A stretch of DNA of 64,000 nt from Epithemia pelagica (Eukaryota; Protista; Bacillariophyta), in NCBI GenBank assembly GCA_946965045.2, contig OX337242.1, positions 1,798,001 to 1,862,000 on the forward strand. Reading direction: 5' to 3'. Below the pieces are notes generated by a model, which saw only the letters and a list, made by a program, of their open reading frames with translations, ran no database searches and was not told where the DNA came from. The translations under genes and the position numbers were made by a program. This document shows positions 43,181 to 54,493 of this stretch, piece after piece (position 1 is the stretch's first letter; each line of letters opens with the position of its first letter).

Positions 43181-43728
43181 TTACTCTTTACTCTACATAG
43201 TTTTTCAAGACGTGGATCTTCTGCTTATTGTTTCTGATGCAACTGGAATCAGAGGGATCAGAAGTCAGAAGCTCGATGATATGTAATGACTACTTCTTCA
43301 TGTTGCTTGTTGCTTCCCTCATGTTCCTGATTCCTGAATCTGAATGGAAGTCGGGAACAGACAACAGACCCAGCATCGAAACTTTGCATACTGCATACCA
43401 CTTCCAATATAATAATAGGACTAATTAGTAATTAATAAGGTTACAAGTTACAACACGGGGCAACGTCCGTCCATCGATTCACAGCAAGCAGCTTAGGTAG
43501 TTATTTTAGTAGCTTAGGTAGTTATTTTTGTTTTTCGAATGATTCTTCCTAGAAAAGCAAGAGGCAGTATAAGCACGGGCACTCATACAACGATATGCCT
43601 CGACTATGGCTTGATAGCAAGATCACTTTTGTACCGCGAACTCTCCTGGTCATTACGATGATTTGGACAAAGCATAGAAGCGAAAATCAGGGTAGCATCA
43701 CCATGACTTCATATCCCGAGAATCGCTC

Positions 43729-46700
43729 TCATAAGTACATGTTCATCATTTTTGGAAACTGGTTCCTGTCCCTTCGTTTGATTTCACCATATTCTTCATT
43801 CCATTCCCACACCCGTGCTAATTCACGTCCTGTTTCGGAAACGCTGCGTTTCAGCTTGCTCAACGCACGATCAAAGTCGGCGGTCGTCACCGGCCTGAGT
43901 ACTTCTTGTGATCGAGGCTGGTTAGGATTCCCACCACTTGTACTGTCAATATATCCCTGGTCCAACCACTGTGCGTGTTCATGGCTTATGTGCACGACAG
44001 CTTCACGGCAAACTTCCTTGATATCGGACCCTGTGTATCCCTCCATGCGTTCGGCAATCTGAGTCAAATTAACACTTGGGTCCAGCCGATTTTCGGCCAA
44101 GGTAACTTCTAATATTTCCTTGCGAGTTTCCAAATCGGGCAAATCCACCAACAACCGCCGCGGGAAACGACGCAGCACGGCTTCATCCAGATCAAAGGGG
44201 CGATTCGTAGAGCCTACGACAATAACGCGATCAGCTCCCTTGTCGCTCAATGAGGTACCGCTACCTGAATTGAGACCATCCCATTCGCTCATCATGGTTG
44301 TTTTGACGCTTGTCAATGTGCCATGAGCAGAATCGTCCGATGTTCCTTCGCGACTTGATAGAAGGGAATCCACTTCATCAATAAAGACGACGCAAGGGCT
44401 CAATCTACGGGCCAAAGTAAAGACAGCTTTGGCATTCTTTTCAGATTCTCCCAGCCATTTGTTCTCAACGGAGGAAGCATCGACGCTTAAGAAACTTGCG
44501 CCTCCTTCCGTTGCAACAGCCTTGGCCAACATTGTTTTCCCAGTGCCCGGGGGACCAAACAACAAGACTCCTTTGACGGCTTCGCGCGCGATTCCTTCAC
44601 TGTACAAATGTGGAAATTTGAGAGGGTACGTGATGGATTGACGCAGCAACTCCTTAACTTCACGTAATCCACCAATCATATCATATGTTACACCAATATC
44701 TTGAGCATTCACAACTTGAGATACCAAGGCCTTCTCATGCTTGTCCTGAGCCAAAGCCATGGTTTCTTCCCTTGTTCGGTGAACAACTGCATGGCTGGAC
44801 CCTGACTGACCGCCATAGGGCGAAGGAGAGATGCGGCAAACACGAGATATCGCAGCTTCCAACGTAGACGGATGGAGGACCAGCCGATCGTCCGATCTAT
44901 CTTCTTGATCCCCGCCATTCAGGGTTTGCTCACTCTGCTTTTTCGCCTTGAAATGTTCCGAGGGTACAAACAACTGTTCAATGGAAGGGTCCGTTTCCCA
45001 GACAGTGGCTGGTGCATTCTCATTCCGATTACTGGTGCTAGACGACATGAGACTCTTGCGTTGCGAATTTTCAGCTTCCAATTCAACAGCTAATCGAACA
45101 ACAGCTTCCATTTCCGATGCAATATCTCGCACACTCAACATACCTCGCAAGGCCGATCCCATTCGGGCTGAGGATCGTCCATCCATTGCGACACTGATAT
45201 GTTTGGTTTGCAAGGCCAGTGATCGTTTCTCCAGTTCCTGGTTGAGAGCCTTGCGATTCCATCGAAACAGGGCCGAACCCATTTCTCGTTCGACCCATGC
45301 ATCCCATGAGCGGGCCCGTACAGGGTCGGATGGTGTAGAAAGAACAATGGGACGACACATGGCCTCCAGTTTCTGTAAATGCTTGGAAGCCCGTCCTTCA
45401 CCGCGTTTTCCCTTTTCTTTGCTACGCGCTTCCGCTGCCGAATTGGCCGCCGCTACAGCAGCCGCTGCTGCCATGGTCCGCACGCGGCGTTGTCGAGCCT
45501 TTTCCACGTCTTGGTTGCTCGATGCACTCTTGTCGTTTCCCCCCGACGACTGCTGTTCTGTTTTGCTCTGTTGGTTCAGTACTCGCTGAAACCATCCATT
45601 CATTTGCTGGTTCAAGCCTTCGTTTGATTGAGTCTGCTTTTGCTCTTGTTGTTTCTGGTTTGATGGTGCAAAGTTGGCAATCGGTGGCACATAGACACTG
45701 AGCATTACTCCTTGGCATTTCGGATCGGACAAGGCCGGTGCTGCCCGAGCCAAATTTTCGACAATTCCACGTCGCATGCCTTCATTTTGTAAGACATGAG
45801 CCAATGCTCTTCGAAGTTCTGAGGGAACTTGGCCCGATTGATTGCCATCTTCTGAATCGCTCTCTTCACCTTCTTCATTTGCCATTTCGGAGAGTCTATC
45901 CAGCATTTCCGACAAAGCCCGTTGCAAGGTCTCTTGAATCACACTGGGTGGCGGCAATTGTGCATCTTGCTCATTGTTGTTGTTGTTATTCATGCCCATG
46001 TCGGATGAAAGTGAGGCATTGAAAAATTGAGGCACCATGTGATTGTGGCTCGCAGAATGCTCGTTTTGTTCATTTTGATTTTGTTGATACTGCTGTTGCT
46101 GCTGATGCAACAAACGAGCCCAACGCTCGAGAGCTTCCCGTGCAGCCGCCCTGGACGAATCTTCCTCTTCGTCTTCTTCTTCTTCGTCGTCGTCACGGTC
46201 CTCCTCCTCGTCTGGGTCATTTTTTTGACGCGACAATCGTTCCCGGGCTTGCAAGGCCATCATTTGTGGAAACAAATTGCCCGCTTGAGGAGGTGCCACA
46301 GCTCCCAAAATACCTGGATTGCCATCGGCATCCACAGTACGAGCCAAGAAAATATTAAATCGCCGTGAACCTGGAGGATCATTCTGACCTGTCGCATGTT
46401 GATTGTTTGGAGTAAAGCCAAACCAAGGATGTTGAAACTGTCTTTGCTGTTGTTGTTGTTGTTGTTGCTGCTGCTGCTGTAGAGCCTCTTGTGACGGTTG
46501 CGATTCTCCATTGGTTCTGCTCTTGCGAAACAAGGTCGGTGGTGGTCGTACCAAGTCATTGTCATCTTTGGTAGTAATCGACCCATCCACAATACCCTTG
46601 CCCAGTACCAACAAGTGAATGCCCGCGTCCTTGCCATTGCTGGAGGAGGGGCCACATTCTTGAAGCAAGTATTCCACGGCCGATTTGCTCTTGAGCAAGG

Positions 46701-48843
46701 ATGTGGAGGAGCTGACACGAATAAAAATGACCAAGGGCAAGCGTCTTGTGGAGTGTTCCGTCTCTTCCATGGTCGGATCCTCGTCATTACTTGTTTCACT
46801 AGTATCCTGGTCGTCTTGCTGCCAACTGGCTTCCCAGTCTTTCATATCTTGAATACTCTGGAGTGCTCGTTCATCAAAGGGATCGTCGAGTAACTGTTCC
46901 ATATCTCGTTGCATGGCTGCCGCCATGGAACCACTCATCGTGGGTCGTCGTCGTTTGCCTTGCTGCTGCTGCTGCGAAGAGGTTAACAAATGTTGGAGCA
47001 AGGCGGCCGGTTTGACCTGATCTTCGGCCCAGCCTTGTGCCAACAATTCCGATCGTACCGAGGCAATGACTGGATCATCCAAAATGACCATACCTGCCCC
47101 CAAACTATGGGCCAAACTCGCCGCAATGGTTTCTTGCATGGACAGTGTCGTGCTGACATGATTGTCATTATTATTATTGTTGGGGTTGGATGGATCGTAC
47201 AAACATACACCATTGCCATAATACGACGTCGTGACATCCAAATCGCCGTCCTCGTCCCGTTCTGGTTGTGCTTCGCTCTCGTCCGTGTTGGGTTCCGCCG
47301 TCTGAAGCACTCTACGCCATTGTGGCTGAGTGGCCAAGGACAAGGCCGATCGCAGAGCATGGGACGTGTGTGGATTGAAATAGGTTCGACTACTACTAGT
47401 CGTTTTGGGTTTGGCCGTAGTAGTAGTAGTAGTAGTTTGTGGAGAGTCACGTGTAGTAGACGACGACGTTTGATTGAAACCACTTGGAGTGGTTGTGCTC
47501 CCCGAAGCCCATTCCAAAAGCAACGCAGCATACAAGGTACGACGATCCAATCGCCCTCGACTGGAGGCCTCAATGGAAAGGGCATGGTCCGTCAAGTACG
47601 GATCGTTCAAGGGTGTAAAAGGAGGAGGCATCCAAATATGAGGCAACCAGGCTTTTTGGGCAGCTGCTGCAGCCTGTGCGGCGCGACTCTTGGCAGACTC
47701 GTTTTGTTGTTCGTCGTCTTCTTCTTCTGCTTCTTCTTTTTGTGTTGGTGATTGTTGTTGCTCGTCTAGCTGTGCCGAGGTTTCATTGTTGCGATCCAAG
47801 GAAGCCGACGCTGTACTCATTCTGCGTTGTCGAACTCCGACACCACCACCAATACTACGAGTCGTGGACACGACAGGTTCTTCGCCGTGTCCATTGTCAG
47901 TAGTACTCCCCATTGCTTCCTCGTCGTCATCATCGTCGTCGTCATTTTGCACAACAAGGTCGTCTTCGGGTTCACTGACAATTTCGAGTTCTACCTTGAC
48001 CGTGGTCGAGGGTCCTTCGTCTCCTCCTCCTCCTGCTCCTCCTTCCGACAAGGGAGTTCCGGAAGTGGGTCCAAACAATTCTTCCCACTCGGCCAAGTCT
48101 TCCGAGTCCACGTCGGAATCATCTTCGTCATCGGAATCATCATCATCGTCGTCATCGGGATCTCCAACGGCATTGCTTTTGCGATGCGAGGATGACGGTG
48201 TTTTCAAACCAACGGCAGCATCGTAGCTGCCATCCACCGTGGTGGCTGCCGTACCAGACGACGCAGAGGCACCGTCCTTTTCTGGTTCCTCATTCCACGA
48301 ATGCCATTCCTGATCCTCTTGTGAATTGCGATAATGATTGTCTCCACGTTCCGCCTGCACGAGGGTTTCCGAAGACACGAGGGAGGATGAAAGGACCCTG
48401 GATTCTTCGTTTTCTGCATGGTTTGGTCGATCCAGCTCCTTCGTCTCGTCCTGGTTGTTGTTCGTACTGTCGCGGTTGGCAGTGGTGGTGTGGTCGTCCG
48501 TGTCATTGGAATATGGCGTGGGATTGGAACGCGGGTGCAACCGACTGGCCGATTTCAAAATGGCACTGGCGCCCGGTATCTTCCAGGCATGAGCCACGCC
48601 GAATAAACGTGGGGGAGACACCATTGTCTCGGGCCACATGGACAACGACGACGACAACACATCCCATGAGACGACCAGAAAAAGAACCCATCCCCAATGC
48701 CATACTACCATGCTTGTCGACACTCGCTTGCAAGTCTTGGTTCTTCGTTGTTTTGGGACAGGGTGGTTTCCACCAGAGGTTTCTCGTTTTCGGATTCGTC
48801 GTTCTCCAGGAGACGACGTCATGGATGGAAGTCGTCGTGACAT
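43729..48843 (-). CDS. Large AAA+ ATPase, Msp1/ATAD1-spastin clade, with hydrophobic N-terminal segment and long acidic region
   Basis: IGVTYDMIGGL, KGVLLFGPPGTGKTMLAKAVA (Walker A), VVFIDEVDSLL (Walker B), STNRPFDLDEAVLRRFPRR (SRH), EGYTGSDIKEVCREA. Start chosen at ATG 48843; uncertain. Confidence 0.85.
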   Translation of the reverse strand: MSRRLPSMTSSPGERRIRKRETSGGNHPVPKQRRTKTCKRVSTSMVVWHWGWVLFLVVSWDVLSSSLSMWPETMVSPPRLFGVAHAWKIPGASAILKSASRLHPRSNPTPYSNDTDDHTTTANRDSTNNNQDETKELDRPNHAENEESRVLSSSLVSSETLVQAERGDNHYRNSQEDQEWHSWNEEPEKDGASASSGTAATTVDGSYDAAVGLKTPSSSHRKSNAVGDPDDDDDDDSDDEDDSDVDSEDLAEWEELFGPTSGTPLSEGGAGGGGDEGPSTTVKVELEIVSEPEDDLVVQNDDDDDDDEEAMGSTTDNGHGEEPVVSTTRSIGGGVGVRQRRMSTASASLDRNNETSAQLDEQQQSPTQKEEAEEEDDEQQNESAKSRAAQAAAAAQKAWLPHIWMPPPFTPLNDPYLTDHALSIEASSRGRLDRRTLYAALLLEWASGSTTTPSGFNQTSSSTTRDSPQTTTTTTTAKPKTTSSSRTYFNPHTSHALRSALSLATQPQWRRVLQTAEPNTDESEAQPERDEDGDLDVTTSYYGNGVCLYDPSNPNNNNNDNHVSTTLSMQETIAASLAHSLGAGMVILDDPVIASVRSELLAQGWAEDQVKPAALLQHLLTSSQQQQQGKRRRPTMSGSMAAAMQRDMEQLLDDPFDERALQSIQDMKDWEASWQQDDQDTSETSNDEDPTMEETEHSTRRLPLVIFIRVSSSTSLLKSKSAVEYLLQECGPSSSNGKDAGIHLLVLGKGIVDGSITTKDDNDLVRPPPTLFRKSRTNGESQPSQEALQQQQQQQQQQQQRQFQHPWFGFTPNNQHATGQNDPPGSRRFNIFLARTVDADGNPGILGAVAPPQAGNLFPQMMALQARERLSRQKNDPDEEEDRDDDEEEEDEEEDSSRAAAREALERWARLLHQQQQQYQQNQNEQNEHSASHNHMVPQFFNASLSSDMGMNNNNNNEQDAQLPPPSVIQETLQRALSEMLDRLSEMANEEGEESDSEDGNQSGQVPSELRRALAHVLQNEGMRRGIVENLARAAPALSDPKCQGVMLSVYVPPIANFAPSNQKQQEQKQTQSNEGLNQQMNGWFQRVLNQQSKTEQQSSGGNDKSASSNQDVEKARQRRVRTMAAAAAVAAANSAAEARSKEKGKRGEGRASKHLQKLEAMCRPIVLSTPSDPVRARSWDAWVEREMGSALFRWNRKALNQELEKRSLALQTKHISVAMDGRSSARMGSALRGMLSVRDIASEMEAVVRLAVELEAENSQRKSLMSSSTSNRNENAPATVWETDPSIEQLFVPSEHFKAKKQSEQTLNGGDQEDRSDDRLVLHPSTLEAAISRVCRISPSPYGGQSGSSHAVVHRTREETMALAQDKHEKALVSQVVNAQDIGVTYDMIGGLREVKELLRQSITYPLKFPHLYSEGIAREAVKGVLLFGPPGTGKTMLAKAVATEGGASFLSVDASSVENKWLGESEKNAKAVFTLARRLSPCVVFIDEVDSLLSSREGTSDDSAHGTLTSVKTTMMSEWDGLNSGSGTSLSDKGADRVIVVGSTNRPFDLDEAVLRRFPRRLLVDLPDLETRKEILEVTLAENRLDPSVNLTQIAERMEGYTGSDIKEVCREAVVHISHEHAQWLDQGYIDSTSGGNPNQPRSQEVLRPVTTADFDRALSKLKRSVSETGRELARVWEWNEEYGEIKRRDRNQFPKMMNMYL

Positions 48844-50109
48844 GAAAGGTGTCGGTACGCCTGCTGGCTCTTGTTCCTTTTCTTGTTTTTGTGGGGAAAA
48901 TGAGGCACACACTCGAGTCCTCTGCCAATCCAACTCCTTGTTTCGCCGTTGAGATGCTTGGTCGTCTTCGAAGCACGCCAAAAGCGCAACACACGACCAC
49001 AAAGCAAGAAGGTGGAAGGTTTGAGCACTGTGACACTCTCAATCGATCTCTCAAGAGATTACGCAAAATCGACCACGGGGATATGACTCTTCCAATACAA
49101 GGAAAGGAACTGTATAAAAGATGTCGGAGCTCAGTAGGAGGATTGTAAAAGAATGGAAGAAGGTTCCATTTTCTTTTTGGAAAAGGAAAGGAAAAGAAGA
49201 GCACACACAAACACGCGGCGCGGAGCGGACAGAGAGACAGACGGTGTTGAATTGAACGGTCGAATGACACGTGGCTTCTGCAATGACTATCGCGGCTATG
49301 CCTTTACACAAAATCGATCATGCCGGGATGCTCCTCTAGGAGTAGGAAAGACGACAGATGGAGATGCCGAATATAGATGGAGAGAAACTTTGGCACTCTT
49401 CTGACACTCCTATGAGTAGGAGACAAGCCGCACAGTGTCAAGGAAAAGTGTCCAGATCCAAGGACCTCTATAATCAAGAAAGAGGCCCTCAGTGGAAACC
49501 TTTTCTTGCCCGAGAATGGAAAACTTGGATCCTGATTTCTGCCTTGCTTGCGTCGGTTAGTTAAATCCACTCGTGCTCTACGATTCAGTGATTTTCTAGG
49601 TAGCTAGTTGGTCGTTCTGACCACCGAAGTGACAAGTCTTCGGGACATGGTTCGTTGTACTCACTAATGAGATCCAAAACAGAGTAGCATGAAAGGAAGA
49701 AACGGAGATCATTTCGGTAGCAGCACCCATTGGTCGAGCAATTCTCTTTCTCTCTTCAAGGCTCATGAGCACAAGAGGGCGGCCCGCAATCATCCCCTTT
49801 CCCAATAGCCATAGCTACGTCATCTTGAGAGCCTACTCTGCTAGCGAGGTGACGTGCTTGGGGGATGGCTGGGGACAGCGAGATTGGCCATTTCTTCTGT
49901 TCTTCAAATCTCGGTCTCATCTTTTTGGTGCGGGCCTTGACACAACAAGTGGAAGAAACCAAAGTGTGATAGCCCGAATACAGCGACGCTTTCCTTATTG
50001 GTGGTCGTCGTTCTTGCCTTGCTACTTTTGGTTGGAACGTGGAGGACTGATTCGTCTTTCCACCCACACACAACACACACACAAACAAAATCTCGACACC
50101 AGCACAATC

Positions 50110-51375
50110 ATGGTGAGAATAAGTCCAAGATACAATGGTTCTCGAAGAAGTCACTTCTTATTGACGTCACCGTACACGACTCCCGTGTTGGTGATAATCT
50201 TGGTCTTGACACTGATATGGCATCATTCCTCAGATTGTCACAACAACTTGAATTTGCAACAAGGGTTGGAAGGGCTCGCGTCCATGCAATCCTCAACGAT
50301 CAAAACGACAGTGAGAAAATCACCACTCCAACGAGAATCGCAACAACAACAACGACCACAAGGAGGAGGTTCAAGCAACAAAAACCAGGAAGTTGTGTTG
50401 TACGATTCCTCGGCTGCCTGTATGGAACTCCCTCGCATTCAACCAGGAGGAGTCTTTTTTCTCAATCCGCTCCAGGTCCATCAAGTTGCCACCATTGCAG
50501 AAGTGAAACCATCCTTCTTCTTTGGTACCAAGTTGAGCCCGCCCAATCGTATCGCTTACCACATGGGAGATGACATTCCCTACTTTGAACTCATTCAGGA
50601 ATCGTTGCAAGTATCCCAATCCCTCCACTCCATGCAGCAACCGCATAGAGAGTATGTGGCCTTGGATATGGGTGCCAATCAAGGCTTTTATACTTGGTAC
50701 ATGGCCAGTTTGGGCATGCAAGTACATGCCTTTGAAATACAACCAGATAATTTTGATTCGCTACAACATGGACGAGTCTTTAATCCCAAGGAAGTGGCCG
50801 ATCGCGCTCATTTGTATCCCTTGGGATTGGCAAGCTCCATTGGTTGGGTTGGCAAGTCCAAACACGATAGTTATCATGGCCATATTGAAAAATCAGACAA
50901 TGGCAATATTTTGAGTATCACCATGGATTGTTGGGCACAACACGTGCAACCGCAACCCTTTCCCATTCAGTTTGTCAAACTCGATGTCGAAGGCTTTGAA
51001 ATTGCCGTTCTCCAAGGAGCCCATCAGTCCTTGTTGAAACAAAAGGGCGATGTCGTGACTTGGTTTATGGAAGTGGCACCCGATCGATGGTCACGTGCCA
51101 ATGTTTCCTTGGAGGTGGGCATTGGCGAAATGAAACGATTGCAAACGGACTTGTTTGATCGGTCCTACCTCATGGTTCGAGGAGATAAGGAATGTCCCTA
51201 CAGTTTGGCCACAGATCATCTCAAGGATACAGAACCCCGTCTCTTGTCTCGAAAAAACAAAATGCATGCCTTGAGCTCACCGGCCGAACTGGAGACTATC
51301 TTGACCACCATGAATCAAAAGCATTATTCTTGCAACTTTTGGTTCAGCAATCAAGAAACGTCCCTTAAACTCTAG
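50110..51375 (+). CDS. FkbM-family (Methyltransf_21) SAM-dependent methyltransferase, type II membrane
   Basis: TM VLVIILVLTLIW; ALDMGANQGFYT; HAFEIQP; FVKLDVEGFEIAVLQGA. Confidence 0.85.
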   Translation: MVRISPRYNGSRRSHFLLTSPYTTPVLVIILVLTLIWHHSSDCHNNLNLQQGLEGLASMQSSTIKTTVRKSPLQRESQQQQRPQGGGSSNKNQEVVLYDSSAACMELPRIQPGGVFFLNPLQVHQVATIAEVKPSFFFGTKLSPPNRIAYHMGDDIPYFELIQESLQVSQSLHSMQQPHREYVALDMGANQGFYTWYMASLGMQVHAFEIQPDNFDSLQHGRVFNPKEVADRAHLYPLGLASSIGWVGKSKHDSYHGHIEKSDNGNILSITMDCWAQHVQPQPFPIQFVKLDVEGFEIAVLQGAHQSLLKQKGDVVTWFMEVAPDRWSRANVSLEVGIGEMKRLQTDLFDRSYLMVRGDKECPYSLATDHLKDTEPRLLSRKNKMHALSSPAELETILTTMNQKHYSCNFWFSNQETSLKL

Positions 51376-51665
51376 ATATTGTCTCAATACTACCATACAT
51401 GCGTCTCGACGTGCAGTCCACAAATGGCTTCTTCATAAATAAGATATCGTCTTCAGATATCGGGCGAGCGTCTCGTTGAAGGTCTAAACAGGAGAAGGGG
51501 CCTTCATGGTTGTGGTCAGTGTCAGGAAAGACTAGGATAGTTGCGGCTGCAGCACAAATAGACCAGGTTCTTCGCTCAATTGTTAAAGTACAGTTATTCA
51601 CTTTTTTTCAATTGCTCTATGGTACGATATCTCCTGCTGTACTGTGTGGATGGGATGGTCCGTTC

Positions 51666-52718
51666 TCATGGCACCACTGATGAAAAGACTGCAGGAAGTT
51701 CCGGAAAGACCTCTTGGCTCCGACAGTGCGTCAATTGATGAAACAACTCAATATCACGGTGATTGACTTGATGGACAAAAGCCATCGTTTCGTTACTTAC
51801 AACCAGGGGAAACTTTCTATTCCAATACTTGGATTCACGGTCGCAGTGAGGACTCCGTCCAAAACTGGTGGAATTGGGAAATCCAAACATGTGCGCCAAT
51901 CCATGCCAATAGACGGGATCCTGTAGACGTTCAGTGACAACAATCAAGTTGAATTCCGACAAATTTTCCAGCGCTGTCTCGAAGCTATCGGTTACATTGT
52001 CGAGACAGTTAAAGTCCTTGCTATACCAACGCAGGTAGCAGTTCTTGGCACACACCCACAGACTTCGATTCATGGGAGGTATGGAGGGAGAGCATGATAT
52101 TGGCGGTAATCCTTTATAAGGTTCTGTGTCGACAAAGCTTTTGAGGCTATGTGCATTTTCTGCTGTAGGCCTGGATTCTTTCGTCCGTGTAATCAGCATA
52201 TGTTTACAGTTCCAGCGTCCATCGTATTTGTAGTGGCTCATCACTCGAGAGACGGGGTGCCGCAAATTGCTCACATAAAGCGTATCATTACGCTTGGGGG
52301 ACTCGACTGGATTTCCTTCGACTGACTCAAAAGTAAGATTGTGCTGCATTGTAAATTTCCTTAACATGAATTTCAGAAAGGTCCCTCCCGCTTTTCGAGT
52401 ATGGGCAAAATAGAGACGTGAAATCTTCGATGGATCGATGCCCCATGTTGGTCGACATGCCGGTGACCAGGAATGATCGGCATCCTGGTCTTGCACTTGT
52501 GCCTTTGGTTTGTCCAACCGAACTTGTTTTGTGGAGGTATTGGGTGATGCAACATGGTGCATAGATGACTGAACCACCCGAGGGGTGATGGGATAATGAA
52601 CCACCTTGGACCATTGCAAGGCAACGATGGTAAAGATGGCAAAGGTGTACCAGAGGTGCGGCCGGGACAAAACACTTTTTCGCCTGGACTGTGATGGAAA
52701 TGGTTGTTGATGGTTCAT
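51666..52718 (-). CDS. Golgi-type sulfotransferase (Sulfotransfer_2-like), copy 1
   Basis: TM LWYTFAIFTIVAL; 5'-PSB LYFAHTRKAGGT; 3'-PB LRHPVSRVMSHY; IVVTERL. Confidence 0.8.
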   Translation of the reverse strand: MNHQQPFPSQSRRKSVLSRPHLWYTFAIFTIVALQWSKVVHYPITPRVVQSSMHHVASPNTSTKQVRLDKPKAQVQDQDADHSWSPACRPTWGIDPSKISRLYFAHTRKAGGTFLKFMLRKFTMQHNLTFESVEGNPVESPKRNDTLYVSNLRHPVSRVMSHYKYDGRWNCKHMLITRTKESRPTAENAHSLKSFVDTEPYKGLPPISCSPSIPPMNRSLWVCAKNCYLRWYSKDFNCLDNVTDSFETALENLSEFNLIVVTERLQDPVYWHGLAHMFGFPNSTSFGRSPHCDRESKYWNRKFPLVVSNETMAFVHQVNHRDIELFHQLTHCRSQEVFPELPAVFSSVVP

Positions 52719-53416
52719 TTTTGAAGTTTCATGGGGGAGATGATTTTGTCTCTGATTTGTTGTTCTGGGCCTGGCCAATGGCCTTGGCCATGCCAACCGT
52801 CATTTTTCGACATTTTTTGGCCATCAGATTCACGAATTACTCCATCTATTCTTGCCGCCAACGCTCTACTCCCCTACGGGGATGAGTCATGAGGATAAGT
52901 GATTCGATTGCTACCAAAAACACCAGACACACACGCGACCCGACTCTTCACCCCCGCTGGGGGTACAAATGGTCTATGTAACGTCCTTACTCCTACCAAG
53001 GTAGTCTAGTATATGTCCGTCAACTTCGATACTGTATTTTGTGGGAGTATTGTCAATTGTCATGAATGCTTTACATTATTTGTGCATTTCAAAACGCCGA
53101 CCTACCTATAACCAATATCCTGCCAGTAGTCCAGCTACTCCTCCTAGGAGTAGGATTTTACATTGAGAAACCGCAGTGAGTAGATACATAGTAAGGTCAA
53201 TCTGAATTACAAGCTATTTCTGATAAGTCTTAACTCGGACGCATCCAAGATTGACGAATCCTTTGAGCCAGAGGGATGGCCTATGAATATTGTTCCGCCC
53301 CAGAGCGAAGTGCTCACACGTTCAGAGCTACGCTATTCTCGCATTTTCTCCTCTTCTTTGTACCCAGATGATGTTTCTATCGTTGCACCACACATTGTCG
53401 TGTGAATGGTCTTTGC

Positions 53417-54493
53417 TCAAGGCTCCACTGATGAAAAGACTGTCGGAAGTTTCGGAAAGACCTCTTGGTTCCGACAGTGCGTCAATTGATGAAACAACTC
53501 AATATCACGGTGATTGACTTGATACATCCAATCCATCGTCTCGCTACTAACAACCAGGGGAAACTTTTTATTCCAATACTTGGATTCGCGGTCGCAAAAG
53601 CCACTTTTTCGAAAGGTGGTGGTATTGGAAAATCCAAACATGCGCGCCAATCCATGCCAATAGATGGGATCCTGTAGACGTTCCGTGACAACAATCAAGT
53701 TGAATCCCGACAAATTTTCAACTGCTGTCTTGTAGCTATCGGTTGCATTGCGGAGACAGTTAAAGTCTTTGGCAAACCAACGCAGGTAGCAGTTCTTGGC
53801 GCATTGCCACAGTTTCCGATTCCGTGGCGCGACGGAACGAGCGCATGCTCGTGCCCGTGCTCGTTTCGAATGAGGATCATTTTGGACAAAGCTTTGGAGG
53901 CTTTGAGCATTTTCTAGTGTAGGCGTCGCATGATTCCCATACCTCATGGTTTGTGGGCAACTCCAGCGTCCTTCGTATTGGTAATGACTCAGGACTCGCG
54001 AGACGGGATGCCGTAAATTGGTCACATACAACGTATCACGGCGCTTGGGCGATTCGACCGGTTGCCCTTCGACAGACACAAACTCCAGATGGTTCTCTCT
54101 CGCAAAGTCGGTAAGCATGAATCTGAGAAAGGTTCCTCCGGCTTTTCGAGTATGAGCAAAATACAAGCGTGTAATTTTCGTTGGATCGTCACCCCATGTT
54201 GGTCGACAAGCCGGAGACGAGGAACGGTCCAAGTCTACAACGTTGCTTGATCGTTGGATTTCAGTTGCCTCTAACCCAGACCCTCGACGATGTTTTGTGG
54301 TGGTGGTGAAACCAACTGTGGTATTCGTCTTGTTGGAGTCCAGTTCGTCGTTCCCCAGTGACCCCCAAAGAATTGGATGCCGAATCTGAGTTGTTGCTGT
54401 CAGGGATATTTGCACGTTGGACAAGTGGAGAGCAGCAATGATTGCAATAACGCAAATGAACCAAGGTCGCCGACGCGATGATAAAACACTCAT
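53417..54493 (-). CDS. Golgi-type sulfotransferase (Sulfotransfer_2-like), copy 2
   Basis: TM WFICVIAIIAALHL; LYFAHTRKAGGT; LRHPVSRVLSHY; tandem paralogue of copy 1. Confidence 0.8.
   Translation of the reverse strand: MSVLSSRRRPWFICVIAIIAALHLSNVQISLTATTQIRHPILWGSLGNDELDSNKTNTTVGFTTTTKHRRGSGLEATEIQRSSNVVDLDRSSSPACRPTWGDDPTKITRLYFAHTRKAGGTFLRFMLTDFARENHLEFVSVEGQPVESPKRRDTLYVTNLRHPVSRVLSHYQYEGRWSCPQTMRYGNHATPTLENAQSLQSFVQNDPHSKRARARACARSVAPRNRKLWQCAKNCYLRWFAKDFNCLRNATDSYKTAVENLSGFNLIVVTERLQDPIYWHGLARMFGFSNTTTFRKSGFCDRESKYWNKKFPLVVSSETMDWMYQVNHRDIELFHQLTHCRNQEVFPKLPTVFSSVEP

Noticed and set aside
41400-43600. ORF-free 2.2-kb stretch as a centromere candidate
   Set aside because: By eye it is not markedly AT-rich, as described diatom centromeres are. 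A sliding GC calculation and CENH3 ChIP would be needed.
48844-49002. N-terminal extensions in the ORF track (also 1422-1652, 3912-4139, 49765-50109, 58882-59172)
   Set aside because: They mostly start at TTG/GTG or run through CT/CAA-rich UTR-like sequence; downstream ATGs fit the domain starts better.
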